NCBI RefSeq assembly: GCF_030028105.1
Contig: NC_092376.1
Coordinates: 180,024,080-180,088,079, forward strand
Reading direction: 5' to 3'
Source of the DNA: Mobula birostris
Lineage: Eukaryota
DNA: 64,000 nucleotides
This document shows, piece by piece, positions 1 through 12,507 of the stretch. A program made the translations under genes and the position numbers. The notes under the pieces are model-generated. The model had not been told where the DNA came from. It made no database searches and saw only the letters and a list, made by a program, of their open reading frames with translations. How positions within the stretch are numbered: the first letter of the stretch is position 1; each line of letters begins with the position of its first letter.

Positions 1-115
1 ACTTTCAAATCTCTTACTATCTCTTCTTTCAGTTAGTTCTGAAACGTCGACTGTACCTCTTCCTATAGATGCTGCCTGGCCTTCTGTGTTCACCAGCATT
101 TTTTGTGTGTGTGAC
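1..115 (+). mobile_element. Remnant of Penelope-like terminal-repeat family (hammerhead core deleted)
   Basis: GAAACGTCGACTG...TAGATGCTGCCTGGCC...TTCACCAGCA...TGTGTGT matches the dispersed repeat at 14464, 44545 and 47597. Confidence 0.55.
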
Positions 116-293
116 TTAAATTTGTATGTTATTTTGTTGTTATTCTGTGCAGTTTTATGTCAAATATTTTGTAAACCTACATAAACTGTCCCATGTGTGC
201 ATTCAGGGCGCACATACTTTTGTCACAGGAGAAAAATTTGCACAACGTAAGATTTTTGCGCACACTGACTACAAAAAATTAGAGGGAACGTTG

Positions 294-391
294 TCCACAG
301 CCCTTTATTTTTCTAAGCTCTATGTACCGATCCAGAACTCTCTTAAAAGACCCTATCGTATCCGCCTCCACCATCGTCGCAGGCAGCCCAA
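294..391 (-). mobile_element. CR1-clade LINE 3' fragment
   Basis: Minus-strand translation LPATMVEADTIGSFKRVLDRY resembles the CR1 ORF2 C-terminus at 901-1206 (LPQKAVEANSLDAFKKELDRY). Confidence 0.7.
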
Positions 392-559
392 GTATTAATA
401 ATTTAGTAATTTTCCTAACAGAACTGAAAACACTGCTAAAGAAGTCGTTAAAAAGTGTGGTAGGGCAGAGTAGAGACAACAAGTAGACCATTTACTCTTT
501 GCTACTTTCTTATGGAGTTCTGAATCAGAAATACATGTAAATTTTTACATGGTAACGGT

Positions 560-810
560 CATCCTAAGAAATTTGCTGCAGATGTTAGCAGTATCTGAAG
601 CTATAATCTCCTGAATGAAAAAAACTTGGTTAATAAAAAGAATTGCGAAATCCTTACATTCTGTGGCATATGCTTGACAGGTGACATTCTACGTGGTACA
701 GGTTTCAACAGTCGTTTTATAGTTGAGAATAATATTCTTGAATCGCCTCTATTTTCTATATTAATACTGTTGCTAAACTTTAACCACTTTGCTAAAACTG
801 AGCAAACACT
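560..810 (-). mobile_element. L2-like LINE ORF2 fragment
   Basis: Minus-strand FSNSINIENRGDSRILFSTIKRLLKP, then (other frame) CKDFAILFINQV, resembles the L2 EN-RT linker. Boundaries approximate. Confidence 0.5.
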
Positions 811-811
811 T

Positions 812-3745
812 GATAGACAATAGACAATAGGTGCAGAAGTAGACCATTCGGCCCTTCGAGCCTGCACCGCCATTCTGAGATCATGGCTGATCATCTACTA
901 TCAATACCCGGTTCCTGCCTTGCCCCCATAACCCTTGATTCCCCTATCCATAAGATACCTATCTAGCTCCTTCTTGAAGGCATCCAGAGAATTGGCCTCC
1001 ACTGCCTTCTGAGGCAGTGCGTACCACACCTCCACAACACTCTGGGAGAAGAAGTTCCTCCTCAACTCTGTCCTAAATGACCTACCCCTTATTCTTAAAC
1101 CATGCCCTCTGGTACTGGACTCTCCTAGCATCTGGAACATATTTCCTGCCTCTATCTTGTCCAATCCCTTAATAATCTTATACGTCTCAATCAGATCCCC
1201 CCTCAATCTCCTTCATTCCAGCGTGTACAAGCCCAGTCTCTCTAACCTCTCTGTGTAAGACAGTCTGGACATCCCAGGAATTAACCTAGTGAACCTACGC
1301 TGCACCTCCTCCACAGCCAGGATGTCCTTCCTTAACCCTGGAGACCAAAGCTGTACACAATACTCCAGGTGTGGTCTCACCAGGGCCCTGTACAAATGCA
1401 AAAGGATTTCCTTGCTCTTGTACTCAATTCCCTTTATAATAAAGGCCAACATTCCATTAGCCTTCTTCATTGCCTGCTGCATTTGCTCATTCACCTTCAG
1501 AGACTGATGAACAAGTACTCCTAGATCTCTTTGTATTTCTCCCTTACCTAACTCCACACCGTTCAGATAATAATCTGCCTTCCTGTTCTTGCTCCCAAAG
1601 TGAATAACCTTACACTTCTTCACATTAAACGCCGTCTGCCAAGTTTCTGCCCACTCATCCAGCCTATCCAAGTCACCTTGAATTCTCCTAACATCCTCAT
1701 CACATGTCACACTGCCACCCAGCTTAGTATCATCAACAAACTTGCTGATGTTATTCGCAATGCCTTCCTCTAAATCATTGATGTAAATCGTAAACAGCTG
1801 TGGTCCCAATACCGAGCCCTGTGGCACCCACTAGTCACCACCTGCCATTCCGAGAAACACCCATTCACTGCTACCCTTTGCTTTCTATCTGACAACCAGT
1901 TTTCTATCCATGTCAATATCCTCCCCTCAATGCCATGAGCTCAGATTTTACCCACCAATCTCCTATGTGGTACCTTATCAAATGCCTTCTGAAAGTCAAG
2001 GTATACCACATCCACTGAATCTCCAGCGTCTATTTTCCTGGTTGCATCCTCGAAAAACTCCAATAGATTAGTCAAGCATGATTTGTCCTTGGTAAATCCA
2101 CGCTGGCTCGGCCCTATCACTGCTATCAAGATATGCCGCTATTTCATCTTTAATAATGGACTCTAGCATCTTCCCCACCACTGATGTTTGGCTAACAGGG
2201 CGATAGTTCTCTGTTTTCTCCCTCCCCCTTTTCTTAAAAAGTGGGATAACATTAGCCATTCGCCAATCCTCAGGCTGATCCTGAATCTACAGAACATTGG
2301 AAAATGATCACCAATGCATCCGCAATTTCCAGAGCCACCTCTTTTAGTACCCTAGGATGCAGACCATCTGGACCTGGGGATTTGTTAGCCTTCAGTCCCA
2401 TCAGTCTACTCATCACCGTTTCCTTCCTAACGTCAATCTGTTTCAGTTCCTCTGTTACCCTATGTCCTTGGCCCATCCATACATCTGAGAGATTGCTTGT
2501 GTCTTCCCTAGTGAAGACAGATCCAAAGTACTTATTAAATTCATCTGCCATTTCTCTGTTTCCCATAACAATTTCTCCCAATTCATTCTTCAAGGGCCCA
2601 ACATTGTTCTTAACTCTCTTCCTTCTCTTCACATACCTAAAAAAACCTTTGCTATCCTCCTTTATATTCCTAGTTAGCTTGCGTTCATACTCATTTTTTC
2701 TCTCCGTATTGCCTTTTTAGTTAAGTTCCGTTGCCCCTTAAAAATTTCCCAATCATCCGTCTTCCAACTCTGTTATACTACTTCTTTTTTAATGCTATGC
2801 TATCTCTGACTTCCTTTGTCAACCACTGTGGCCACTTTCCCCCCTTTGAATCCTTCCTTCTCCGGGGGATGAACTGATTTTGCACTTTGTGCATTATTCC
2901 CAAGAATACCTGCCATTGCTGTTCCACTGTCTTTTCTGCTAGGATATCCGACCAGTCAACTTTGGCCAGCTTCTCTCTCATAGCTTCATAGTCTCCTTTG
3001 TTCAACTGCAATACGGACACTTCTGATCTGCCGTTATCTACGGTCACTACCTCCTAATGTCTCCTTTACTTCAAGATCACTTTTCAAATCCTGTTCATTG
3101 CACAGCACTAAATCCAGAATAGCCTTATCCTTGGTCTGCTCTCGTACAAGTTGCTCCAAAAATGCATCCCGTAGGCACTTTACAAACTCCCTATCCTGGG
3201 GTCCAGTACCAACCTGATTTTCCCAGTTCACCTGCATGTTGAAATCCCCCCATAACTACTGCGACATTTCTTTTGCCACATGCTACTGTTTGGGGGCCTG
3301 TAGATAACATCTATTAGGGTATTTTTGCTCTTACTGTTCCTCAGTCCTATGCACACTGACTCTACTTCTCCTGAATCTATGTCCCCCCTTGCAAGGGACT
3401 GAATCTCATTCCTCACCAACAGGGCCACCCCACCTCCTCTACCCACCTTTCTGTCCATTCAATAGCACGTATACCCTTGTACATTCAATTCCCCGGTCTG
3501 ATCCCCCTGCAGCCATGTTTCCGTTATCCCAACAACATCATAGTTACCCATTCGCAACTGAGCATCAAGCTCATCCGCCTTATTTCTGACACTTCGAGCA
3601 TTCAGATGTAGAATTTTTAACCCATTTCTCCTCTCTCTGTTTAAATCGCTGCCTATTGTGCATAACCCAGCTCCCCGAACTCTCACCGGTCTATACGCCC
3701 CTTGAATTTTGTTGTCTTTCTTAAATTTACTTACTCTTTCTGCAC
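812..3745 (-). mobile_element. CR1-clade LINE, decayed near-complete ORF2 (APE endonuclease + reverse transcriptase)
   Basis: Fragmented minus ORFs: LKILHLNARS...GITETWL (endonuclease), [36 protein letters not shown]...FVDDTKL (RT). (TAGACAA)n 3' tail at about 813-830. Many frameshifts and stops. Confidence 0.93.
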
Positions 3746-4694
3746 ATATGCTTCTTTATGTCTTTGACGGGATAATCACAGGCAAGACTAGTGTTTCTCC
3801 CATCCACATTACCCTTGAAGTCGTGTCAAAGAGACATGCTCATGAAACAGTGAAACCCTTCTGCTGCTGGATCTCCAGTAAGTCTATTGCACGAAGCCTT
3901 ATATCCAGGAGCGGTAAAGAAACTGTGATATGATTCCCAGTTAAAGTTAATTGTATTGCAGGAATGAAACCAAAGCATGTTAATGTGGCATGGTGAATAT
4001 TATTTGTCGATTCAGTGGAGTAGCCTTCTCTAGATTAACTATCCATTCTTTTATTTGGCAATAGCAATGGATCGCGTTTGATACCAGGACTGGACAGAGA
4101 CTTAATGCTGGACATCGTGGCATGCTGGTGTACGTTTTACACAAAGACAAAAACATTAGCTTTTGCTTAGGAAAATATATGGAGAGTATTGAATGAAGGC
4201 ATTTTCACAAATTGTGAATAGCTATAGATAATATCCGATTTATTCGGCTATTTATTGTCCACAGAAACATATTTTTCCTCCTAAATTGAAAATATTATTG
4301 ATGGATTCGTTTTCATCACACACAGAGAGCTTAGTCATCTGGCAAAACAGCTCTATTTTAATTTTTGCTGTGGTTTTGTGCACGGGGTGCGCGCGACAGT
4401 TACATGAGAATTAATTAACAAATGGTCATGACTATAAAAGCAAGATGAAGCAAATGTACATGGACTCTGCATGTAATTTGATTATCTGCAAGAGGAGACA
4501 CATGGTTGAATTTGATCGAGATTCCCATGGCTTTAACTCATGTTAGGTATTTAAGACTTTCACAACAACATAGTTTCTGAAACTACGATTCAGGAATGAA
4601 ATTTCCACAGAAATCAAAATGATCTAGAATTCTAAAATAAATATCAATTGTGCACTATTAAATGTAACAAACTGCGCTAAATTACGTAGTTCTT

Positions 4695-4811
4695 GCTTTA
4701 AGAAATGAGCTGAATTCTAATTGGTCAGATTTGTATGCTATATTATCGACCAATCAGAAGCTGAGATGTGACTGGTGATCCGCACGGCCCCCTTCAGTTC
4801 CCAGCCGCCAT
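4695..4811 (+). promoter_or_regulatory. Conserved promoter module of V1
   Basis: GCTTTAAGAAA 4695; ATTGG 4720; CCAAT 4750; TGTGACTGGTGATCC 4767; CCGCCAT 4805. Confidence 0.8.
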
Positions 4812-5032
4812 CGACTAAGATCAGACGCCGTGAAAACTGCAGAGCAGGCAACATTGGAAGATTTAAACGCGGATCTTTTTGAATTGGAGATAAAAAAGAA
4901 CATTTTAATGCAAACAACAGAGTACATAACAAAAGGTACGGATATTTTCTGCATCGCATTTTCTCATTTATATAAATAGCTGTTAAAAGGCATTGTCTCC
5001 AGTCGAAACCATTGGAATGACTTCTCCTGGAA

Positions 5033-7441
5033 ATGAGAGATAATATAAACTGGCTGGTGAAATATCAAATATTTTACTGTTTGATCACCTATTGGGATGT
5101 TGTTTGTGGCCACATTCGTTACTCTGTTCCCGAGGAATTGCAAGTAGGTGCCTTTATTGGAAATATCGCAATTGATTTGGAGTTAAATTTAAAGCAGCTG
5201 TCGGCTCGCAGATTGCGGGTGGCGCCCAGTCCGAGGAAGCGGTATGTTGACGTCAATTTGGAGAACGGAATTTTATTTGTGAAAGAAAGAATCGACCGGG
5301 AGCAACTTTGCGGGCCGAGCACTGAATGTGTTTTATCATTCAACGTTGTGCATGAAAATCCCCTCGGTCTGCACCAGGTGGAAGTGGAAATTCTCGACGT
5401 TAATGACAACGCCCCCAGTTTTCCTAAAAGACAGATCCGCCTGGAAATCTCAGAGAGTCGGGCACCGGGAGCGCGATTCCACCTCGAGGCCGCTCATGAT
5501 CCGGATATTGGAACTAATTCCTTACAGACATACAAGCTCCTTCCCAATGAATATTTCATTCTTGATGTACAAGAACGAGAAAGGATAGGAAAGTTACCAG
5601 TATTGGTGCTGCTGAGGGCTTTGGACAGAGAAAAGATATCGACCCATCAGATAACTCTAGTTGCCGAGGACGGCGGAGTCCCTGTGAGATCGGGGACTGT
5701 CCAGGTAACAATCAAAGTGAACGATGCGAATGACAACTCTCCTGTTTTCTCACAGTCGGTTTATCAGGTGAGTGTGTCGGAATCGGCTCCCAAAGGAACT
5801 CTGATTATTACGTTAAATGCCACTGATTTGGACGATGGTCCGAATGCAGAGATAAAGTACGACCTTAGCAGCCATAATTCAGCTGAGATTCGTGCATTAG
5901 TAGGAGTGAATTCCAAATCTGGGGAAATCATACTGAAAGGGCAGTTAGACTATGAAGAAAGACAATCTTTTGTCATTAATATTTACGCAATCGATAGTGG
6001 GCATCTCCCAATACCCCAGTACTGCGATGTGTTGGTGGATGTAATCGACGTGAATGACAATGCCCCTGATCTGTTGGTGACATCCATGTCAGATGTCGTG
6101 GCAGAAAATGCTCCAGTGGGAACTATTATCGGCCTTATCAGTGCAGAGGACAAGGATTCTGAGAGAAATGGTCAAGTGCAGTGTCGAATTCCGAATGAAC
6201 TTCCCTTTAAGTTAAATTCCTCTATAAATAACAATTGGAAACTATTTATACAACATGCACTGGATCGCGAAACTACCTCGAGGTATGACATTACTGTAAT
6301 TTGTACTGATGCAGGGGATGCTCCCCTAACATCCAAGAAAACGATCCGCGTAGAAGTTTCAGATATAAATGACAACGCGCCAAGTTTTACGCAGTCTGTA
6401 TACTCGGCTAATATAATGGAAAACAACGATATTGGCGATTCGATATTCTCCCTGACAGCTTTCGATCCAGACTCGGGACAGAATTCCCTATTGAACTTTA
6501 ATATCCTGAATTCAACAGCAGCCTCGTATGTCTCCATCAACTCGCAGAGTGGTGTCATATTTGCTCGGAGAACGTTTGACTTCGAGATTTTGAAGACCTT
6601 CCAGATCCAACTTCAGGTGCAGGATTCTGGAGTCCCAGCCCTCAGCAGTAACGTTATAATCGATGTTGTTGTCCTTGATGAGAACGATAATGCCCCGGTG
6701 ATCGTGCATCCTTTACCTGCGTATGGGTCAACGGTAATGGAGACCATGAGCAGGTTTGCTGAACCTGGATACTTCCTTATCAAGGTCTCAGCTACTGACG
6801 CCGACGCTGGTCAGAACGCCCGTCTGTCTTACCACATTTTTCAGGCTACCAATCGCGATCTATTTACTATTTCAGCAGACACAGGTGAAGTTTGGAGTAT
6901 CCGCGGTATTCGGAGTAAAGACGCTTTAAAACAAAGGCTGGTGATTGTTGTGAAAGATCACGGAACGCCCTCACTTTCAGCCACAGTAACCATAGTAATA
7001 TCTGTGACTGGACATGAAAAGATTTTCAGTGCCACCAATTTAAGTAAAGATCGAGAGTTCTCCCCTGATGTGAACCTTCACTTACTCATAGCATTAGGGA
7101 CAACATCTATAATTTTTCTAGTAATTTTAATTATTCTTGCGATTAAAGTTCATAAAAGCAGAACTGGGATGGGATGCCAATACAATTCTCTGAATATCTG
7201 TTGTTGTTTGGAAACAAGGAACTTCCTAAATGGAACTCAAAAAGCCAGCAGAAGTCTTCAAATACCACCGAACTATGTTGAGGTATTCGGAGGTGATCCA
7301 CTTTCCCAGAGTTTCCGTTACGAGTCGTGTTCCACACTGCACAGCGTGAAGAGAGACTACGCAACCTCACACACCTGCGCACCACCTGCAGGGATGCACT
7401 ACGCAGAGAAAAGTACGATGGGGAAAGCAAATCCAGAAATG
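5033..7441 (+). CDS. Clustered protocadherin variable exon V1 (SP, EC1-6, TM, variable cytoplasmic); 3' end uncertain
   Basis: Cadherin motifs (DxNDN, LDRE/LDYE, AxDxG), TM helix and IPPNYVEVFGGDPLSQ tail. The ancestral donor at 7480 is GC and out of frame. A putative in-frame ATG|GTAAGG donor lies at 7441/7442. The unspliced ORF runs to 7696. Confidence 0.88.
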
Positions 7442-9723
7442 GTAAGGCCGAAGTCTGGAATTGCAATTCAAATAACGAGGCAATCTATTTCGCAAAGGAA
7501 AAGTAGTTGTTTGGGGTCATTTCTTTTGGAAAGTAGATCGCCATGTTATTTGAATTACTACATGTTTACTGCGTATTATATTTTAAATAAGTTGCGAAAA
7601 ACCAGGGGCATACATTTGGATGTGCTTGCTGCGAGCACTTCGTTTGAAAGCAGCCGTTTTCCCCATTTTGTATCTTTTAGGTCACTTTGTATTTAAATTC
7701 TGAACGAAGATAGCCATGTACTTATTGGGAAGCGGAAATAAAAAAGAGCGTAATATACTGAAATTGCAGCAACATTTGTGAAGCGAGAAACGAGGGTCCA
7801 CTTTTGTATCTGATGACCCTAAATCGCAACTCGATGTAAGGTGATCAGTCTGGAGTGTCATTTTGCGTTTCTCTCCACAGTGTTGATTAACATAATGAAT
7901 AATTCAATTTGTTTTGGTATACTATTTGGTATCCAAATGATCGAGTATATTTTATCCACTGCCACTTAACATGGAGCTTCGATCTGGACACTACCGACCT
8001 CTGTATGCATTGTGGGAATTACCTATTCATTCTAAAAGAGAATTTGTCAACAAGTATCTGAGTACCTCATTCCTAGTGGTGGAAGGGTATGAAGTGCCCA
8101 GAAACTAGGGGTTTTCCCTCCTCTGACAGCCAACGTATGATTTAACTCATTCACAACTTTCTAATAAATAGTAGTACATCGGAGAATTTGGAGAAATGTC
8201 ACCGGTTAGTCCAATGAATTCTGTGATGGACTGAATGAACAATTAGGTTGTTATGTACTGCTAAACAGGGTGAAGGTTTTGACTTGAATGACGTTGAGTA
8301 TTCTGGGTGTCGTTGCAGTTACCTATCCAGGGATAGATAACTGCAAGAGGCAGAAGACTGGAGGAATCCCTCAGTGCCAAACTTCTGGTGTCTTATCAAA
8401 ATCATAGTATTTATGTATTTACTTTAATAATTTGTAACATGTAGTGAAGGCTTTGTGAATTCATTTCAGGGCAGTATAACTTAATTCGAGGAAAAATGGT
8501 TGTCATACCTTTTGCCAGGTTGTACTATGCCTAGCATTTCTGTAATTTTATAGGAACGTTTCCTAAGTCAAAGCAACAACTTTGTGTAGAGTTTTTTTTT
8601 CCACGTGAGGAAGGACTGCATGCTTATCTGACGACTGTTAAATATAAATTAACATCGTGTGGTCAATAGCGAACATTTCAACACATAATATTGTGCAGCT
8701 ATTTTCCGAAGCCGCTGGGATGGAAGAGCATGAAAGGTCCTAGGGAACTGTTGCAGGCATGGTTTGCATAGGGGATCAGTATTCTGCAACTATCAAAGTC
8801 TTGATTTTTTGAGTCAGATGCAGTGTTTCTCCCATCCACGTTCCCTTGAAATGGTGGGGAGACATCTTCATGAGGTTCTTGTTTTGATAGATCTTCCTCG
8901 AACTTAATGCGTATAGTTTCCAAAAGTTAGATCCAGGATTACTGAAGAAAATAAGATATATGGCTTCCAGTAAAGTTAAAGGTAGAGCAGGGATAAAACC
9001 ACAACAGATTAAAGTTCTTGAGAGAATATAGACTTTCGAGTCGGTAGATTGGCATTGGGAAGATTATCTACTTTTATTCCTGCAGTAATAGCCATAGATT
9101 TCGTCTGATATGCGGAATGGAAGGAAATTCAATGGCAGACGTGATGGCATTCTAGTTTACAGTTTAAGCAAAGTCGCTCTCATTTGCTTTGGCTTTCGGA
9201 AAAGACCATGAAGAATATTTGTGCATAAAACCTTAAGTTATGAAATGTTATGGATAAAATCTACTCGCTATGTATTCTGGACAGCAGGGGTTTAAAACAT
9301 GTTTCGTTATTCTAATGGAAATATTATAGGTGTATTCGTTTAAAGTGATGGAGAAAGAGGTTACTCGTCTTGGTAAAACAGTTCTTTTAGTGTTCTTCTT
9401 TCAATTCTGTTCAAAAGGGGGAAATGCAGTGCTTCATGACTATTAATTAACAGGAGGCCACGATAGTGAAACAATGAAAAAACAACTATACAGAGAGCAT
9501 GCACTGCATACTCGGTAAGAGGATTTAATTTACTGTGTTTGATCGTGTTTCTGAAGGCTTTATACAACACTAGAACTTTAAGATATTCATTGTCTCTAAT
9601 TTTCTCAAACAACTATTGAGGAGCTAAATTTCTACAAAAATCTGAATAATCTACAATACTGAAATTAATTTCAACTGTGCACTATTAAAGGCAACAAACG
9701 AAGCGCCAAATACAGCACCTCTT

Positions 9724-9840
9724 GCTTTAAGAAATCATCTGAATTCTAATTGGGCAGATATGAATGCTGCATTCTCCACCAATCAGAAGCTGAGATGTGA
9801 CTGGAGATCCGCACAGCCCTCTTGAATACCCAGCCGCCAC
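9724..9840 (+). promoter_or_regulatory. Conserved promoter module of V2
   Basis: GCTTTAAGAAA 9724; ATTGG 9749; CCAAT 9779; TGTGACTGGAGATCC 9796; CCGCCAC 9834. Confidence 0.8.
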
Positions 9841-10068
9841 CACGTTAAGATCAGACGCCATGAAAACTGAATAGCAGGCAGCACCGGAGGACTTATACAC
9901 GATTCTTTTCGAATGAGAGAATTAAAAACAAGAACATTTCAAAGCAAACGGTAGGGGAAAGAACAAGAAGGTACGGATATTCTCTGCGTCTCCATTTTAC
10001 TATTTAAATAAATCGCTCTTAAAAGGCATTGTCTCGGGTCGAAACTATAGGAATGATTTCTCCTGGAA

Positions 10069-12507
10069 ATGAGAGATAATATAAATTGGCTGGTGAAATA
10101 TCAAATATTTTACTGTTTGATCACCACTTGGGATATTGTTTATGGCCAGATTCGTTATTCTGCTCCCGAGGAATTGCAACGGGGTGCCTTTGTTGGGAAT
10201 ATCGCAATTGATTTGGGGTTTGATTTAAAGCAGCTGTCGGCACGCAAATTGCGGGTGGCACCCAGTCCGAAGAAGCAGTATGTTGACGTCAATTTGGAGA
10301 ATGGAGTTTTATTTGTGAATGAAAGAATTGACAGGGAACAGCTTTGCGGACCGAGCCCTCAATGCGTTTTGTCTTTCAACGTTGTGCTTGAAAATCCCCT
10401 CGGTTTGCACCAGCTGGAAGTGGAGATTCTTGATATAAATGACAACTCTCCCAGTTTCCCGAAACAGCAGATCCGGCTGGAAATCTCAGAGAGCAGGGCA
10501 CCGGGAGCGCGATTCCCCCTTGAAGCCGCGCACGATCCGGACATTGGAACTAATTCCTTGCAGACATACCAGCTCCTCCCCAATGAATATTTCGTTGTTG
10601 ATGTACAAGTCCACGATGGTATAGGGAAGTTCCCAGTATTGGTGTTGCAAAGGGCATTGGACAGGGAAACGATATCGACCCATAGGTTAACGTTACTTGC
10701 TGAAGACGGCGGAGTCCCGGTGAGATCGGGCACAGTCCAGGTAACAGTCATAGTGAACGATGCGAATGACAACCCTCCTGTTTTCTCCCAGTCGGTTTAT
10801 AAGGTCAATATGTTGGAATCGGCTCCCATAGGAACTCTGATTATTACATTAAACGCCACAGATTTGGACGATGGTCCGAATGGAGAGATAACGTATGTTC
10901 TCAGCAGCCACAATTCAGCTGCGGTTCGTGAATTAGTTGTCGTGAATTCCAAAACTGGTGAAATCAGACTGAAAAGGCAATTGGATTATGAACAAAGCAA
11001 AACATTTATGATTAATCTGCAAGCAGTCGATAGCGGCCCTTACCCAACGCCCCAGCACTGTCTTGTTTTGGTGGATGTGATTGATGTGAATGACAACGCT
11101 CCGCAACTGTCGGTGACGTCCATCTCGAATTCTGTGACAGAAAATGCTCCAGTGGGAGCTATTGTCGCCCTGCTCAGTGCGGAAGATAAGGATTCTGGGC
11201 AAAACGGGCATGTCGAATGTCGAATTCCGAATCATCTTCCCTTTAAGTTAGATTCCCCTGTGAAGAACAGTTGGAAACTGCTTGTACAGCATGTGCTGGA
11301 CCGCGAGACTACCTCCAGCTATGACATTACTGTGACTTGTACGGACGCAGGGACGCCGCCCCTCACATCCAAAGAAACGATTCAGGTGCAAGTTTCAGAT
11401 GTAAATGATAATGCACCCAGTTTTACGCAGTCTGTATACACGGCAAATGTTATGGAGAACAACGTTATTGGGGGATCCATATTCTCCGTGACAGCTTTCG
11501 ACCCAGACAGAGGACTGAATGCTCGACTGAAATATACTATCCTGAATTCATCCCTAGCCTCATATGTCTCTATCAACTCGCAGAGTGGTGTCATTTATGC
11601 TCAGAGATCGTATGACTACGAGATGTTGAAAAATTTCCAGGTATACGTTGGGGTGCAGGATTCAGGAATCCCACCCCTCACTAGTAATGTTACAATTGAT
11701 GTTGTTATTCTTGATCAGAACGATAATGCCCCGGTGATCGTGCATCCTTTACTCGAGTATGGGTCAGCAGTAATGGAGACAATGAACAGGTTTGCTGAAC
11801 CTGGATATCTCGTTGTCAAGGTCTCAGCTACTGACGCCGATACTGGTCAGAATGCTCGTCTGTCTTACCACATTTTTCAGGCTACCCATCGCGATCTCTT
11901 TACTATTTCAGCAGAAACCGGTGAAGTTTGGACTATCCGTGACATTCAGATCAAAGATGCTCCAAAACAAAGGCTGGTGATTGTTGTGAAAGATCACGGA
12001 ACGCCCTCACTATCAGCCACAGTAACTATAGCAATATCTATGACAGGTAGTGAAACGATATCCAGCGCCACAGGTCTAAGTAAAGATCGTGAGCTCTCTC
12101 CTAAACTGAACTTTTACTTAGTTATAGCGTTAGGGTCGACATCTATAATTTTCCTCGTCATTTTAATTACCCTTGCTATTAAAGTTCATAATAACAGAAA
12201 CGGAATGGAATGCCAATACAATATCTGTTGCTGTATGGAAACAAGCAACTTTCTAAATGGAACGCAAAAGGCCAGTAGAAGCCTTCAGATTCCACCGAAC
12301 TATGTTGAGGTATTTGGAGGTGATCCACTTTCTCAGAGTTTCCGTTACGAGTCATGTTCAACTTTGCAGACTGTCAAAAGGAACTTCACGGCCCCCCACA
12401 AGCATGGACCGTCTGCAGGTATTCCCTTGGCACAGCAGGAACCTCTTGAGAAAGAAAGTGCAGGAATGGTAAACCCTGAAATCTGCAGCTGCCGTACAAA
12501 TAATGAG
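10069..12507 (+). CDS. Clustered protocadherin variable exon V2
   Basis: 813 intact codons, 6 EC + TM, phase-0 donor GAG|GTGAGT at 12507/12508. Confidence 0.95.

Noticed and set aside
130-293. Possible hAT element end (TTAGAGGGAACGTTG)
   Set aside because: Only one putative terminus is visible, with no partner TIR or TSD.
812-3745. Active reverse transcriptase acting on the array as a diversity-generating system
   Set aside because: These are ordinary decayed CR1 LINEs with frameshifts and deletions, with no template/variable repeat pair or adenine-specific variation.
4786-4800. GCCCCCTTCAG as a reverse CTCF site
   Set aside because: Only AGGGGGC matches. The 5' CCASY half is missing and the match is not kept across paralogs, so it fits an Sp/KLF-like tract better. 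A matrix scan is still needed.
5013-7276. Hippo feedback loop (TEAD-like GGAATG plus YAP-binding PPxY)
   Set aside because: It rests on two short motifs, and V8-V11 lack GGAATG. Too speculative without data.
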